A stretch of DNA of 64,000 bases from Rebecca billardiae RCC1528 (taxonomy: Eukaryota; Protista; Haptophyta): contig OZ251247.1 of NCBI GenBank assembly GCA_965240325.2, positions 868,001-932,000 of the forward strand. The letters are read 5' to 3'. This document shows positions 30,021 to 41,049 of the stretch, piece after piece. Positions within the stretch are counted from its first letter, which is position 1, and each line of letters begins with the position of its first letter. Position numbers and translations under genes: made by a program. The notes beneath the pieces were generated by a model. The model ran no database searches and was not told the DNA's origin. It worked only from the letters and a program-made list of their open reading frames with translations.

Positions 30021-32099
30021 GCCATGTCTGTGAGACTGATGAGACAGCAGCCGACGGAGGTTGCACCGCGGGCCCCTAACTACGTTGGTTCTACGGAAGG
30101 ACCGCGGAACGCGGTCATATCGTCTACTCATCATTGGACGTGTGATCCCCACCTGAGTCTGACCCTGCCTTGCGCTTCCCGCGGCCGTCGCCAGCCTTCG
30201 GCTTTGCTTCTGCTGCACATGGAGGAAGCGGCACCCCACCTTGGGGCAGCTGCCGCTCCGCTGGAACGAGTGGCACACGCCCATGACTGGTCGTCTCGGA
30301 GCGCTGGCACGAGGGCCGTGTCGTTCACCTCGTCCAGCACCATGTGCTCAGGGAGCAGGGCACGCGCACTGCTCACGCCCCTCCGGCGATGGCACGGATG
30401 CCCCGGCGGCGAGGACGTCCGAGAACTGCGGGAACGGCGGCACTTGGCCGCCGGAGATCTCTCCGAGTGCCCGGGGAGCTTCTTCGAGGCGTTGAGCGGC
30501 CCGGGCAGCAGGACGATCGAGACGGTCTGGTCGTTGACAAGGTGGGCCTCCTGCCACACGCAGCCTTTGGTCAGCAGCTGCTGGGGCTTCTCGTCCTTCG
30601 TGGGCCGCGATGGCTCCCGCCGGAGCCGAGGCGCCTCGTCACGCGGCGGCGGCAGTGTTGCGGGCGCCAACGTCGGCATGGCGGCGGCGGTGATCGTTGA
30701 CATCTCCCGCTGCTCCGCCGACCGATCGGCTGATCGTCACTTCGACTTGGCCGTTGCGGGCGGCCAGCGTCGCGCTCTCGAAGGCGTCCGCCCACGGGCC
30801 GTCGCCCGGGGCGGGCGCCGTCCTCAGCGTCTCGATCACCTGGTTCGTCAGGCCGCGGTCGCTCTCGGCGCCGGCGACCCCGAGCAGCTGCAGCAGGCGG
30901 CAGGCCGCGTGCCCGCAGCCCCTGACGGCAGCAGCGCGGCGGGCCGCGCGTGCGCGACGCACCCGGCGCCGGCTCGGCGCCGGTGGCGTCCAAGGCGAGT
31001 TTCACCGCCGCCACCGCGTTCGCGCGAGCGCGCGCCACTGCGGCCGCCAATTCGTCGGGCGCCAGCGGCGCGTCGGCGGGGTTGGGGACGGCTGCCATCG
31101 GGGCGCTCGTTGCGCGGCGGCTGATTTCCCGCCCGCGGCCCCGGCCGCACGGTGACCCTGCGCACCCCGGACACCCGGGGTCTTTCGGTCCCGGATCGGC
31201 CGTCCGCACATGCGGCATGGCGGCCGGTGAGTTCGGAGTCGCAGCGGACGCACAGCGCCGGGAGGCGGTGCGCGCGCAACGCGACGTTATGCGCCGGCCG
31301 CCCGTCCACCAGGCGGCGACGTCGGTCATCCCAGGCCTGGTGGTGGCCACCGCATACCAGCGGCCGACGCTCAAGCAGCAGCAGTGGCACTCCCAGGATC
31401 GAGGCCGCGTGCCAGATGGAGCACCCCTTCAACGCGCCTGTGCTCGGCCTGGCACTCGACATGCGCGCGGCGGCCTCGTGGATCTGTGCACCAAGAGGCA
31501 CCTCGGTCCACGACGCCCGACTGGCTTGGTTCCACACCGTGAGAGGTGGCGGACAGCCTGTCTGGCTGGTCGGCTGAACTGCGTCAGCTCGGACCGGGTT
31601 CCATCCGCCGACCCGAGCGGGTCTTCGGAACGCGGAATGGTAAGACCGTCGGCAAGCCCCATGTGGCTTTCATCTGGTCTGCGGTGTCCAGTGCGTGGGC
31701 AATTGCGCGGACAGCGGAGTCTTCCGAGCAGATGCGCAGCACGCCTGCCTCCGCATGGCGGACCTGGATCACGCCGGGTGGGATGCGGCGGTTGAGGAGC
31801 AACTCCAATCCCAGGCTGCCGGCGCCGCTCACGCAGACGTCCTTGAAGCACTGTGGGCCCACGCCCAGCAGGAGGTGCAGGACTGATGGGCGGCGGAGAT
31901 CGGCTCGTCGCCAGACGTCGATCGCCTCTTCGGCAGGCACAAGTGGCGTGCCCATAATCCGCCGCGGGGTGCCACAAGGCGGCAGGGTCAGCCCATGTGA
32001 CAACGCCAAGGCCTCCTTGCACAACTCGTGTACAACGTTGCACGAACGGCTTCGGTGCACCTTGGGCGATTTCCCGGCAGGGGCGGCTGCCCTGTTCAG

Positions 32100-32960
32100 C
32101 GACGTGCTGGGACAGCTGGGCCACTCTGGATGGTCTATGATGCTGGGCATCGAGGACATGGAAGCAGGGTATCGCCTGATCCAGTGCTCTCAGCCACGAT
32201 TCACGTTGCTCGCGCACTGGGACTACGACCCATTCCGCTGACGTGTGGTGTTCTTTCGCCTCCAGGGGTCAACTCTGGCCTGAAGAGCGCGGTCATCCAA
32301 TTCAATCGCCTGGCTGAGTTCGTCACCAGGGTCGCAGTGCTGGCGCTTCCCATCTGTGTGGGGCACTACTTTGAGTAGGACTTTGCTGTGTGTGAGCCCA
32401 CCTTTGCGAAAGGAGGGCAGGGGCTGCTGGTGGACCTGGGCCTCCTTATGGGCTTCCAGTTCAACCAGGCCAAGTCTAGTGAAAACCTTCCTAAGGGTCA
32501 TACACGACTTCTCTGCTTTTGCTCGCAGCGGCGAGCTCAGGTGCAGCGTGCATGCTGACAGGATCTCTTTGCTGGTGGATACCATCGAATCCATCCTTGC
32601 AGCAGGTTGCATTGCCAAACAGTCGGACATGGGCAGCCTTCTGGGCAAGCTGCAGTGGGCTTCTTACCGCTTCTGCAGGGCCGCCCTGCAGCCTCTGTTC
32701 AGCAGGGCTCTCTCTGGGAAGGATCACTTCCAGCACTAGTCGGGGGCAGTGATGGACTCTCGCCGATCTATGGCCTCTCTCCTATTCATGGCAGTCATGC
32801 TGGGGGCCCTGCGCCCCCGGGTCTTCGGCTTCCGAAAGCACAGGCTCGTCAACACGAGTGCCTTGGCAGGTCTGCTCACTGGCTACTCTGGTGTGCGCGA
32901 CTCGGCCCACATTGTGCACTCGTTCTGGGCCTTGGCAGCTGCTTTGCGCTGTGAGGTCTG
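32100..32960 (+). pseudogene. DIRS-type reverse transcriptase + RNase H remnant
   Basis: DMEAGYRLI; GLKSAVIQFNRLAEF...HYFE (degenerate Y-x-D-D region); SLLGKLQWAS...RAALQPL; NTSALAGLLTGYS; multiple stops and frameshifts. Confidence 0.7.
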
Positions 32961-34239
32961 GTCGACTATGGGCAAGTACATGGTCCAGCCACGCTGGTGT
33001 CGGGGACGCTGCAGCGTGCTGCAGGCCCTCACCCTGTCACCTGGCAGCCGGCATCAACGCCAGGCGGGCAGGTGTCAGGGCAGGGCAGGGCTGGCGGCCC
33101 GCGGCGTGCCCGGCCTGGCCGGGCACGCCGTCAGCGGATAGGATCCGGCAGGACGTGAGCTCAGCTCCCTCCTGTCGGCGGCCGTCCGCAGGGCTGCTGG
33201 CAGCGGTGCTGGGCCTGTTGAGGGCTGCGGCACCGAGGTCGCCCGCCCGAGGGCGGGCGACAGGGGAGGGGCTAGGGCGGCCACACGCCCGCACTCACAC
33301 CCGGCCGACGCGGCTGCTGCCGACAGCGCAGCGCCGGTCGGCAGGATGAATGCGGGCGGAGGGGCCGTCCGTTCCTGGCAATGCCTCATCCCTCTAATCC
33401 CATGCAAGCCTCCGCTTAAGGCGGCAGGCAAGGCATAGGGTCTGCTCATCTCTATTCCATATTCAGCTGATCATCAGCAGTTGGATAAGTGATATGGTTG
33501 ATTGGCTGACAGCCACGTCAGCGGCGCCGTTGAGGCCCATTTGAGATGGGCAGCGCAGCTGACTCAGTCAGGGGACCTGGTTGACCCAGATGCCTGATTA
33601 GTGGCAGTCGCGCCCGGCGCTGCGCACCGACCCCGAACGGAGGCCCGCGGGCCCCAAAATCAGGGTCCGACGCACGGTTGGGGGGCAGGGACCTGGCTCA
33701 GACCACGAGTCCGAGCCCGCCCGAGGTAGCCAGTGACGTCCGACGCGTCAGGCTGCGCCTGACGCGCGATTACAGCGTTTTAGCTAAGTTTGCTCGGTCC
33801 GTCAGTGGCCCGAGTGGGGCCGCCCCGTAGTAATATCGATCTATCGATGATAGGATCGTCACTACTATCATCGGTTTTCGTGCCCGCCTCGACCGGCGGC
33901 ATGCTGCCGGGGTGGCCGCAGCTGCGCTCGGAGCAGCGCGCACGGGCACCGCCGTGTGCGCCCGCCCGCTTTCGCCGCCGCCGAGCTCGAGCACAGCGCT
34001 GCGCGGCCGGGCCGGCGTAACGCCAACCGCAACGGCGCATCAATTTTTTGCCCGGCGCCGAGCGCGCGTCGGCGCGCGCAGCGCGCTCAGGCGTGGCCTG
34101 ATACCAAGGTCTGTGCCACGATTCGACGCGCCTATCGGGTGCGCCGAATTTAGGCGCACCGCTTCAGAACTGTCCGATGATTCGACTAGTGGTGCGGACA
34201 ACTTAAAACGTCACCCTGAGCCGTTTTCCGGCACTGAGT

Positions 34240-37200
34240 GAACGCGCGACGCGCGCGCTATATCGTCGCTGGCGCGCAGTGTTCGCAGCGGCGACCTTGT
34301 TGACGATGCGACTACTTCGATATTGCTGTGCGCGGCATCGTCAGCACTCCCGATTGACAGTTCAAAACAACGCGCGATCGAAGACGCGGCACGAGAAGCG
34401 CGCGCGACCTGGCCAGCGTGTGCGGACGACGTACCGCGGCCGGGCGAGGCGCCTCGGAGTTGGTATTACAGTACAGACCATAGCGTCGTGCGCCACCGCC
34501 GTGGCGACCCACCATCGGGCGCTCATGCTCGTCGGCCTACGAGCCGCCTCCGGCCGCGAGGGTCACCGCCGCCCGCGAGACGGTAACGCCCTGCTGCTCA
34601 CTGCGCGCACAAACTAGCGTACATCGCACAGAAATATGGGGGTATGTATCGGCCACAACCGCCCGACACGCCGCCCGCCTCGTCCCGCCCGCCCCGTCCC
34701 GTGCGCCCGCGCGTGCCGCGTGCGCGCAGCCCGCTTGCAGACGGAGCCTCCGACTGCCGCGGCGATGCGCGTGGCGCGACACGGCAGGGCTGCTGCTGGG
34801 GCTGCGCGCCCAGCGCGACGCGGCTGCCGGCCGAGCCGAGCGCGGCGCCGCGCCTCGCCGACTCCGCGGCGATTGGCGGCGGTGGCGGCGGTGGCGCGTG
34901 CGTGCCGCCCGCGCCCGCGCGCGTGTTGGCAGTGGGTGCATAGGACGCCGAACGAGTCGGGCGGTCGCGCTCAACAGCGTCCCAGAAGATCGATCCGACA
35001 CTGTTACCTCTCAGAGAGCGGATCACGACAGGTACCGCATAGTGAATGGTGATCAATTGATCGACGAGCTCAAATTGTACCATCTACTACTGGTAGTAGT
35101 ATGTAGGTATGCAAATGGGTGAAGTGGTTGAAACGCCAAAGTCATTATGGTCAGCTCGATCGAACGGGCACGTGGCCGATTCACACGCGCTCATCTTTTG
35201 CCAGGCGGCGCCGCCATCAGTCACGCGCGCTCCCCCACCCGCACGAGCATGTGGCTCTACTGCGGCAACCCCCCCTGCGGCGAGCGAGCTGGCGTGCGCT
35301 CCAATGACGAGGAGGAGCGTGGCGACGACGGCGCGCCCGAGGCACCGCCCGATGCCCGCGCCACGCTGCTCCAAGAGGGCGCCGAGCCGAGCGACGCGGC
35401 CGCGGGCGGCGACGACGCGCCGCCCGCGCTGTGGCGGCGGGTGCGCGAGCGGCTCGCGGGCTGGGGCGCGGGGCGGTGGCTGCTCGTCGTCGGCGCCGCG
35501 TGCGGCGCTGTCCTCATCACCGGCGCAGCGTACCACTGGCGGCACCACATCAAGGGCTCGCTCGGCCTGCTGCAGCAGCGAGGGAGGGCGGACGTGCCCG
35601 AGGATGCGCGCTGCCTCGGGCGCGTGGGGCGGCAGGACGGGCAGTGGCTCATGGCGCCGGGCTCGACGGTCGAGCACGCTGCGCGCTGGGCCTTTGTGTT
35701 GGACGCGTCCATCCTCGTCCTCGCCGTCGCCGCGCTGCTGCTGCTGCGCGCGTGGAAGAGCCCGGATGCGGCCACGTCCACGGCGAAGAGCCTCTTCTCT
35801 GCGGCCATGTCCGCGTTCGACCTGTTCACAGACGCGCTGCTGGCGTCGCAGTGGTGGCGGTGCGCGCACCGGCTGTGGGCGGGCCTCGCCTTCGTCTTCA
35901 CCGCCGCGGGCGCGCTGCCCACGCTCCAAGTCGCGCGCGCCGCGGCAGAGGTGGCCGCGCTGCCGCCCAATGCTAACATGTCTGACCGCAAAAGAGCGGA
36001 AGGGAAGCTGCGCGACGCGAAGGCGCTCGAGGCGACGGTGGAGAGCGCGCCGCAGACGTACCTGCAGGGGTACGCGATGCTGCGCATCGGCGCCGCGCAC
36101 GCCACGCCGCTGGCGCTCGCCTCGCTGCTCTTCTCCGCCTCGATGATTGGCCACCACACGTACGTGTACACCACCAGCAGCGTGGCTGTTGATTATTCTG
36201 ATGTTTTTTCTTTTACTACTTTCGGTCGGCCCGCCGTGCAGTGGTGGAGCGTGACCGTGCCCGTGGTCGGCTGGGCGGTGGGCGTGGACGACCTGGCGTG
36301 CCGCGTGGGCACGGCAGCGTCCGTGCTGTGCCGCGCGCTGACGCACGGCCTCTTCGCCTGCGCGTTCCACAGCTGGCTGCTGGCGGCGCTCGCGGCGGCG
36401 GCGCTCGCGCTGGTCGCCTCCGTGCGCTACAGCGGCCACGCCAAGATCATGGGTGCACTCGAAAGCGGAGGGCAGCTGGCGGCCTGGCGGAGCGCGGCGT
36501 GGACGGCGGGCATCGTGTACGCGGCCGTCGGCATGGTCGACCTGAGCGTGGAGGGGTGGCCTGCGCGCACAACGCCCACCCATATCCTGCTCGGCTGCGC
36601 GGAGGCCGCGCTGGCGGTGGCCGCGCTGCGCTGGCCGTCCGAGTGGCGCGAGGCGCAGAGCGCGCCGGCGCTCGCGGCACTCGCGTGGGCGTGGGGCTGC
36701 GCGTGGGTGGTGCACAAGGCCGTCGTCGTGCGCTTGCTGCAGCTCAAGGCAGATCCAGTGTTCGTCGACCTCAGGTGTGCGCGCGCGCGCGTGGCGACGA
36801 CGCGGCGCCTGCCGCGGCGGGTTTGGGCGCGCGCGCGGCGGCGGGCGGGCGGCGCGGCCGCGGGGCGGGGCGCTGTGGCAGCGGCGCGTGCGGCGCGCTC
36901 GCGCGTGCACGGGCGGGCACGCATCGCACGTGCGCGCTCGACACCCACTCACACCCCCGCCGCGCGCCCGCCCCTCCCGCCGCGCCTCCCGCAGTCGCTA
37001 CGCGATCGGCAACGCTGGCGCCACTGCCATCGCGGACGCCGTGCGCCACAGCCGCTCCCTGCAGTGGCTTGACCTCCGGTACGTGTGCACGCGCGCGGGG
37101 GCGGGCGCGGGGGTGGCGCTGAGGGGCGGGGGTGGATGAGCGGGCGCCAGCCGGGGCATGCGCTGCGGACGCACGTCGAGCGCGGCGCGCCGCGCGCGCG

Positions 37201-38995
37201 CGCGCCGCGCGCCCTCGTGCGGTGATGTCCGAGCGTGCGCCGCGCGCGCGGCCGCGTCGGCGGGCTCGGGCATGCGCGCGGCGGCGGGCGGGCGGCGCGG
37301 CCGCAGGGCGCTGTGGCAGTGGCGCAGGCGGCGCGCTCGCGCGTGCTCGGGCGGGCACGCTATGCGCGCGCGCGCTCGACACCCACTCACGCCCGCGCCG
37401 CGCGCCCGCCCCTCCCGCCGCGCCTCCCGCAGTGTCAACCGGATCGGCGCCGCTGGCGCCACCGCCATCGCGGAAGCAGTGCGCCACAGCCCCTCCCTGC
37501 AGAGGCTTGACCTCAGGTACGTGTGCACGCGCGCGGGGGCGGGCGCGGGGTTGGCGCGGAGGGGCGGGGGTGGGTGGATGGGCGCCAGCCGGGGCATGCG
37601 CTGCGGACGCACGTCGAGCGCGGCGCGCCGCGCGCGCGCGCGCCGCGCGCCCTCGCGCGGTGATGTCCGAGCGTGCGCCGCGCGCGCGCCCGCGTCGGCG
37701 GGCTCGGGCGCGCGCGCGGCGGCGGGCGGGCGGCGCGGCCGCGGGGCGCTGTGCCAGCGGCGCGTGCGGCGCGCTCGCGTGTGCTCGGGCGGGCACGCAT
37801 CGCGCGCGCGCGCTCGACACCCACTCACGCCCGCGTCGCGCGCCCGCCCCTCCCACCGCGCCTCCCGCAGTCTCAACCAGATCGGCGACGCTGGCGCCAC
37901 TGCCATCGCGGACGCCGTGCGCCACAGCCGCTCCCTGCAGAAGCTTGAGCTCGCGTACGTGTGCACGCGCGCGGGGGCCGGCGCGGGGGTGGCGCGGAGG
38001 GGCGGGGCTGGGTGGGCGGGTGCCAGCCGGGGCATGCGCTGCGGACGCACGTCGAGCGCGGCGCGCCGCGCGCGCGCGCGCCGCGCGCCCTCGCGCGGTG
38101 ATGTCCGAGCGTGCGCCGCGCGCGCGGCCGCGTCGGCGGGCTCGGGCGCGCGCGCGGCGGCGGGCGGGCGGCGCGGCCGTGGGGCGCTGTGCCAGCGGCG
38201 CGTGCGGCGCGCTCGCGTGTGCTCGGGCGGGCACGCATCGCGCGCGCGCGCTCGACACCCACTCACGCCCGCGTTGCGCGCCCGCCCCTCCCACCGCGCC
38301 TCCCGCAGTGTCAACCAGATCGGCGACGCTGGCGCCACTGCCATCGCGGACGCCGTGCGCCACAGCCGCTCCCTGCAGGAGCTTCACCTCAAGTACGCGT
38401 GTGCACGCGCGCGGGGGCGGGCGCGGGGGTGGCGCGGAGGGGCGGGGCTGGGTGGGTGGGCGCCAGCTGGGGCATGTGCTGAGGACGCACGTCGAGCGCG
38501 GCGCGCCGCGCGCGCGCGCGCCGCGCGCCCTCGCGCGGTGATGTCCGAGCGTGCGCCGCGCGCGCGGCCGCGTCGGCGGGCTCGGGCGCGCGCGCGGCGG
38601 CGGGCGGGCGGCGCGGCCGCGGGGCGCTGTGGCAGCGGCGCGTGCGGCGCGCTCGCGCGTGCACGGGCGGGCACGCGCCGTGCCCGCGCGCTCTGCCCTT
38701 GCTCACGCTCCACCCGCGCGCCCGACACCCGTCCCCCACTGCGCGCCTCCCGCAGTTTCAATGACCTCAGCGAGGCGGGCAAGAAGGCGGTGCGCGAGGC
38801 GTGGGAGCAGAGCGGCAAGGACGTGGTTAAGCTGTGGCTGTGATGTGCAGCTCCGGTGCTGCCGAGAGGCGATGGGTGGGGAGACTGCATGCGTCGGCAG
38901 GGCGTGGGACGAGCACCGGCCCACCCGCGCTGCGCTGGCGCTGCTCGGGCAATGGCAGTGCATGCAGTTGTCGGTGATGCGGGCGCCGCGCGGCA
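34240..38995. repeat. Segmental duplication unit (promoter + XK-LRR gene), paralogous to ~42510-47730
   Basis: Continuous high identity from GACGCGCGCTATATCGTCGCTGG through the 3' UTR ...GATGCGGGC(G/A)CCGCGCGGC. Confidence 0.9.
35249..38843 (+). CDS. XK-related (Xkr-like) multi-pass membrane protein fused to C-terminal RI/NLRC3-type LRRs, paralog 1; exons 35249-36774, 36995-37078, 37433-37516, 37871-37954, 38309-38392, 38756-38843
   Basis: XK-family motifs FDLFTDALLASQWW...WAGLAFVF and EATVESAPQTYLQGY...SLLFS. Four 84-bp phase-2 exons, each xNxIGDAGATAIADAVRHSRSLQxLxL, at an exact 438-bp period, plus a capping exon. An in-frame upstream ATG at 35147 is possible. Confidence 0.8.
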
Positions 38996-39456
38996 GCATG
39001 CGTGCGGCCGCCCGCCATTAGTTCATGTCAGATACTCGGTTAGTGCGCGCGTCAGGCACGTGACAGCGTCGGTGACGACGCACACCACGACGACGATTCC
39101 GCCCCCACACGGTGCCACAGTTAATGGCGTCGTAAAGTATATATATATACTATATAGCGTCACGGCAGCTAATGAGCAGTCGGGGGCCGACTGGCGGACT
39201 GCCCGCGCGATCTCGGCTCGCCCGCATATATATATCGCTCGGCCCATTGCGGCGCCGGGGCCACTCACTACTCAGGCGGCCGGCTCGGCTCGTAGTGAGT
39301 CGTGCCATTATATATTGTCATTGAGCCAATAGGCAATAGCCATCGCGGCAGCTGTGAGAGGGCGGAGGAGAGAGGGCGTGCACACGGCGCGCGAGCGCCG
39401 CCCCCGTGTGCACGCATTGCACTACCGACCCGCCTGGCGACAGAGGGCACCGGCGC

Positions 39457-40965
39457 TCAGCGGAGCGCGTTTGCAAGGGGCGGCAGCTGCCCCACGCGCT
39501 GCGGCGTCGGCTGCCTCCCAACCGGGCCGAGCACGCCGAGGCCGAGCGCTGCCGACTGCTTGCCGCACGCGTACACGGCGCCATCCGCAGTGACGAACAG
39601 CGCGTGGGCGGAGCCGAGCGCGCAACCCGTCACACGCGCACGCGCGAGGGAGCCCGCCCGCGTGGGCCGCGCGTGGGTGCTTCCCAAGCTCGACCGCTTC
39701 AAGCCGAGCTGGCCGTGCTCGTTCTCCCCGAACGCGTACACGCTGCCGTCCGCGTCCAGCACCGCGCTGCTGTGTGCGCCAGTGCTGGCGCGCACCGCGC
39801 GCACGGTAGCGAGCGCCCAAACGCGTTTGGGCAGGTACTGGGTGACCTTGTTGGCAACGCCTAAGCCGAGGGCACCTCGCCCACCCCAGCCGAACGAGTG
39901 CACGCCGCCCTCCGCGTCCACCACCAGGCTGTGCTCACCGCCCGCGCTCACGTGCACGGCGCGCACGCCCGCGAGCGCCTCGATGCGCCTCGGCGTGCGC
40001 TGCGTCACCACGGGATCGCCGCGGCCGAGCGCGCAATCATAGCCGCACGAGTACACGGCGCCGCCGGTTGTGAGGAGCAGCGTGTGGAGCGATCCCGCCG
40101 CCAGGCCGCCGACTCGCACGCCGTCCAGCGCCTCGACGCGCGTCGGCTCCCATCGCTCCTCCGTGTCGCCGTGGCCAAGCTGGCCCCGATAGTTGTTGCC
40201 CCAGCTGTGCGCGCACCCAGCGGCGGTGAGCGCGAGGCTGTGGAAGAAGCCGGCCGAAACGGCCACGATCACGTCGGCGCGCAGGGCTGCGACGACGTCG
40301 AACGTATGGCGCGTAGTCGCATCACCTACGCCGAGCCGGCCGTCCGCGTTCTCGCCGCACGCGTACACCGTCCCAGCATCGCTCAGCGCGAGCAGGTGGC
40401 CCCAGCCAGCGGCCACCGCGACCACGCGCACCGCACCCAGCGAGGGCACGCGCGTCGGTAGGAGCACCGCCGAGACACCCGGATGGCCCGATGCCGCCGG
40501 CGAGCAGTGCTCTCCTGTCGGCGCCGCGGTGGCCGCGTGCCGCACCACCCGCTCGCCGCACGTGTGCAGCCCGCCCTCCGCGTCCACAAACGCGCTGAAC
40601 GCGAGGTGGATCAAATCGCCATCGCCACCGGCAGCGGCCACGCAGGAATGCGCGCACGCGAGCTCGAGCACGCCTTCGCGGGCGAAGAGCTCCTCCGCCC
40701 ACGTGACCACGCCCGCGGGCAGCGTCGGCGACAGCGCGCGCTCGTGGCCGCGCGCGCATGAGCGCTCGCGCAGCGCGTGCTCGACCGGCGAGCGCTCGCC
40801 GGGCGCGCCGCGGAAGAGGCGCGCCGTGGCGTTGGCGGCGGCGAGGCCGCGCACGTCATCAAGGTGGGCGAGGATGCGCGAGATCAGCTCGGGCGGCAGG
40901 TCCTCGAGCCGCAGCGCTCCCGGGTGCGCCGCGCCATGCCCGCGCATCGCCGCTGGTGGTGCCAT
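39457..40965 (-). CDS. F-box + RCC1-repeat protein (intronless)
   Basis: N-terminal LEDLPPELISRILAHLD (F-box). Repeated VSAGFFHSLAL...G..SWGNN..GQLGHGD, VSAGGEHSLVV, STGAHSSAVL...YAFGENEHGQLG. Confidence 0.85.
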   Translation of the reverse strand: MAPPAAMRGHGAAHPGALRLEDLPPELISRILAHLDDVRGLAAANATARLFRGAPGERSPVEHALRERSCARGHERALSPTLPAGVVTWAEELFAREGVLELACAHSCVAAAGGDGDLIHLAFSAFVDAEGGLHTCGERVVRHAATAAPTGEHCSPAASGHPGVSAVLLPTRVPSLGAVRVVAVAAGWGHLLALSDAGTVYACGENADGRLGVGDATTRHTFDVVAALRADVIVAVSAGFFHSLALTAAGCAHSWGNNYRGQLGHGDTEERWEPTRVEALDGVRVGGLAAGSLHTLLLTTGGAVYSCGYDCALGRGDPVVTQRTPRRIEALAGVRAVHVSAGGEHSLVVDAEGGVHSFGWGGRGALGLGVANKVTQYLPKRVWALATVRAVRASTGAHSSAVLDADGSVYAFGENEHGQLGLKRSSLGSTHARPTRAGSLARARVTGCALGSAHALFVTADGAVYACGKQSAALGLGVLGPVGRQPTPQRVGQLPPLANALR

Positions 40966-41049
40966 CCGTCGCGTCGTCGCGAGGCAAGATAGTCGCACTC
41001 GACCCTTGGTCGCACCGACCAAGCCGAGTGGCCGGCGGCGGGCCGCACG

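Larger units (their letters stand above)
16316..33604 (+). mobile_element. Degenerate DIRS/PAT-like split-direct-repeat retroelement 2 (C...DC...D)
   Basis: C repeat at 23567-23768 and 28023-28224 (its first bases TGGTG(CG)CGATAA sit at 16316-16328). D repeat at 27683-28016 and 33268-33604. RT/RNase H remnants at 32100-32960. Confidence 0.75.
15381..33830. mobile_element. MITE-like TIR element (~1.15 kb when empty) interrupted by two nested retroelements
   Basis: TA|CTACGGGGCG...CGAGCAAAC at 15381 and its reverse complement GTTTGCTCG...CGCCCCGTAG|TA ending at 33830; AT-rich palindromic flanks. Confidence 0.55.

Noticed and set aside
37158-38843. 561-aa read-through ORF across the LRR introns
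   Set aside because: The introns are GC-rich and a multiple of 3 in length. The translation is Arg/Ala junk, and paralog 2 has a stop and frameshifts unless spliced.
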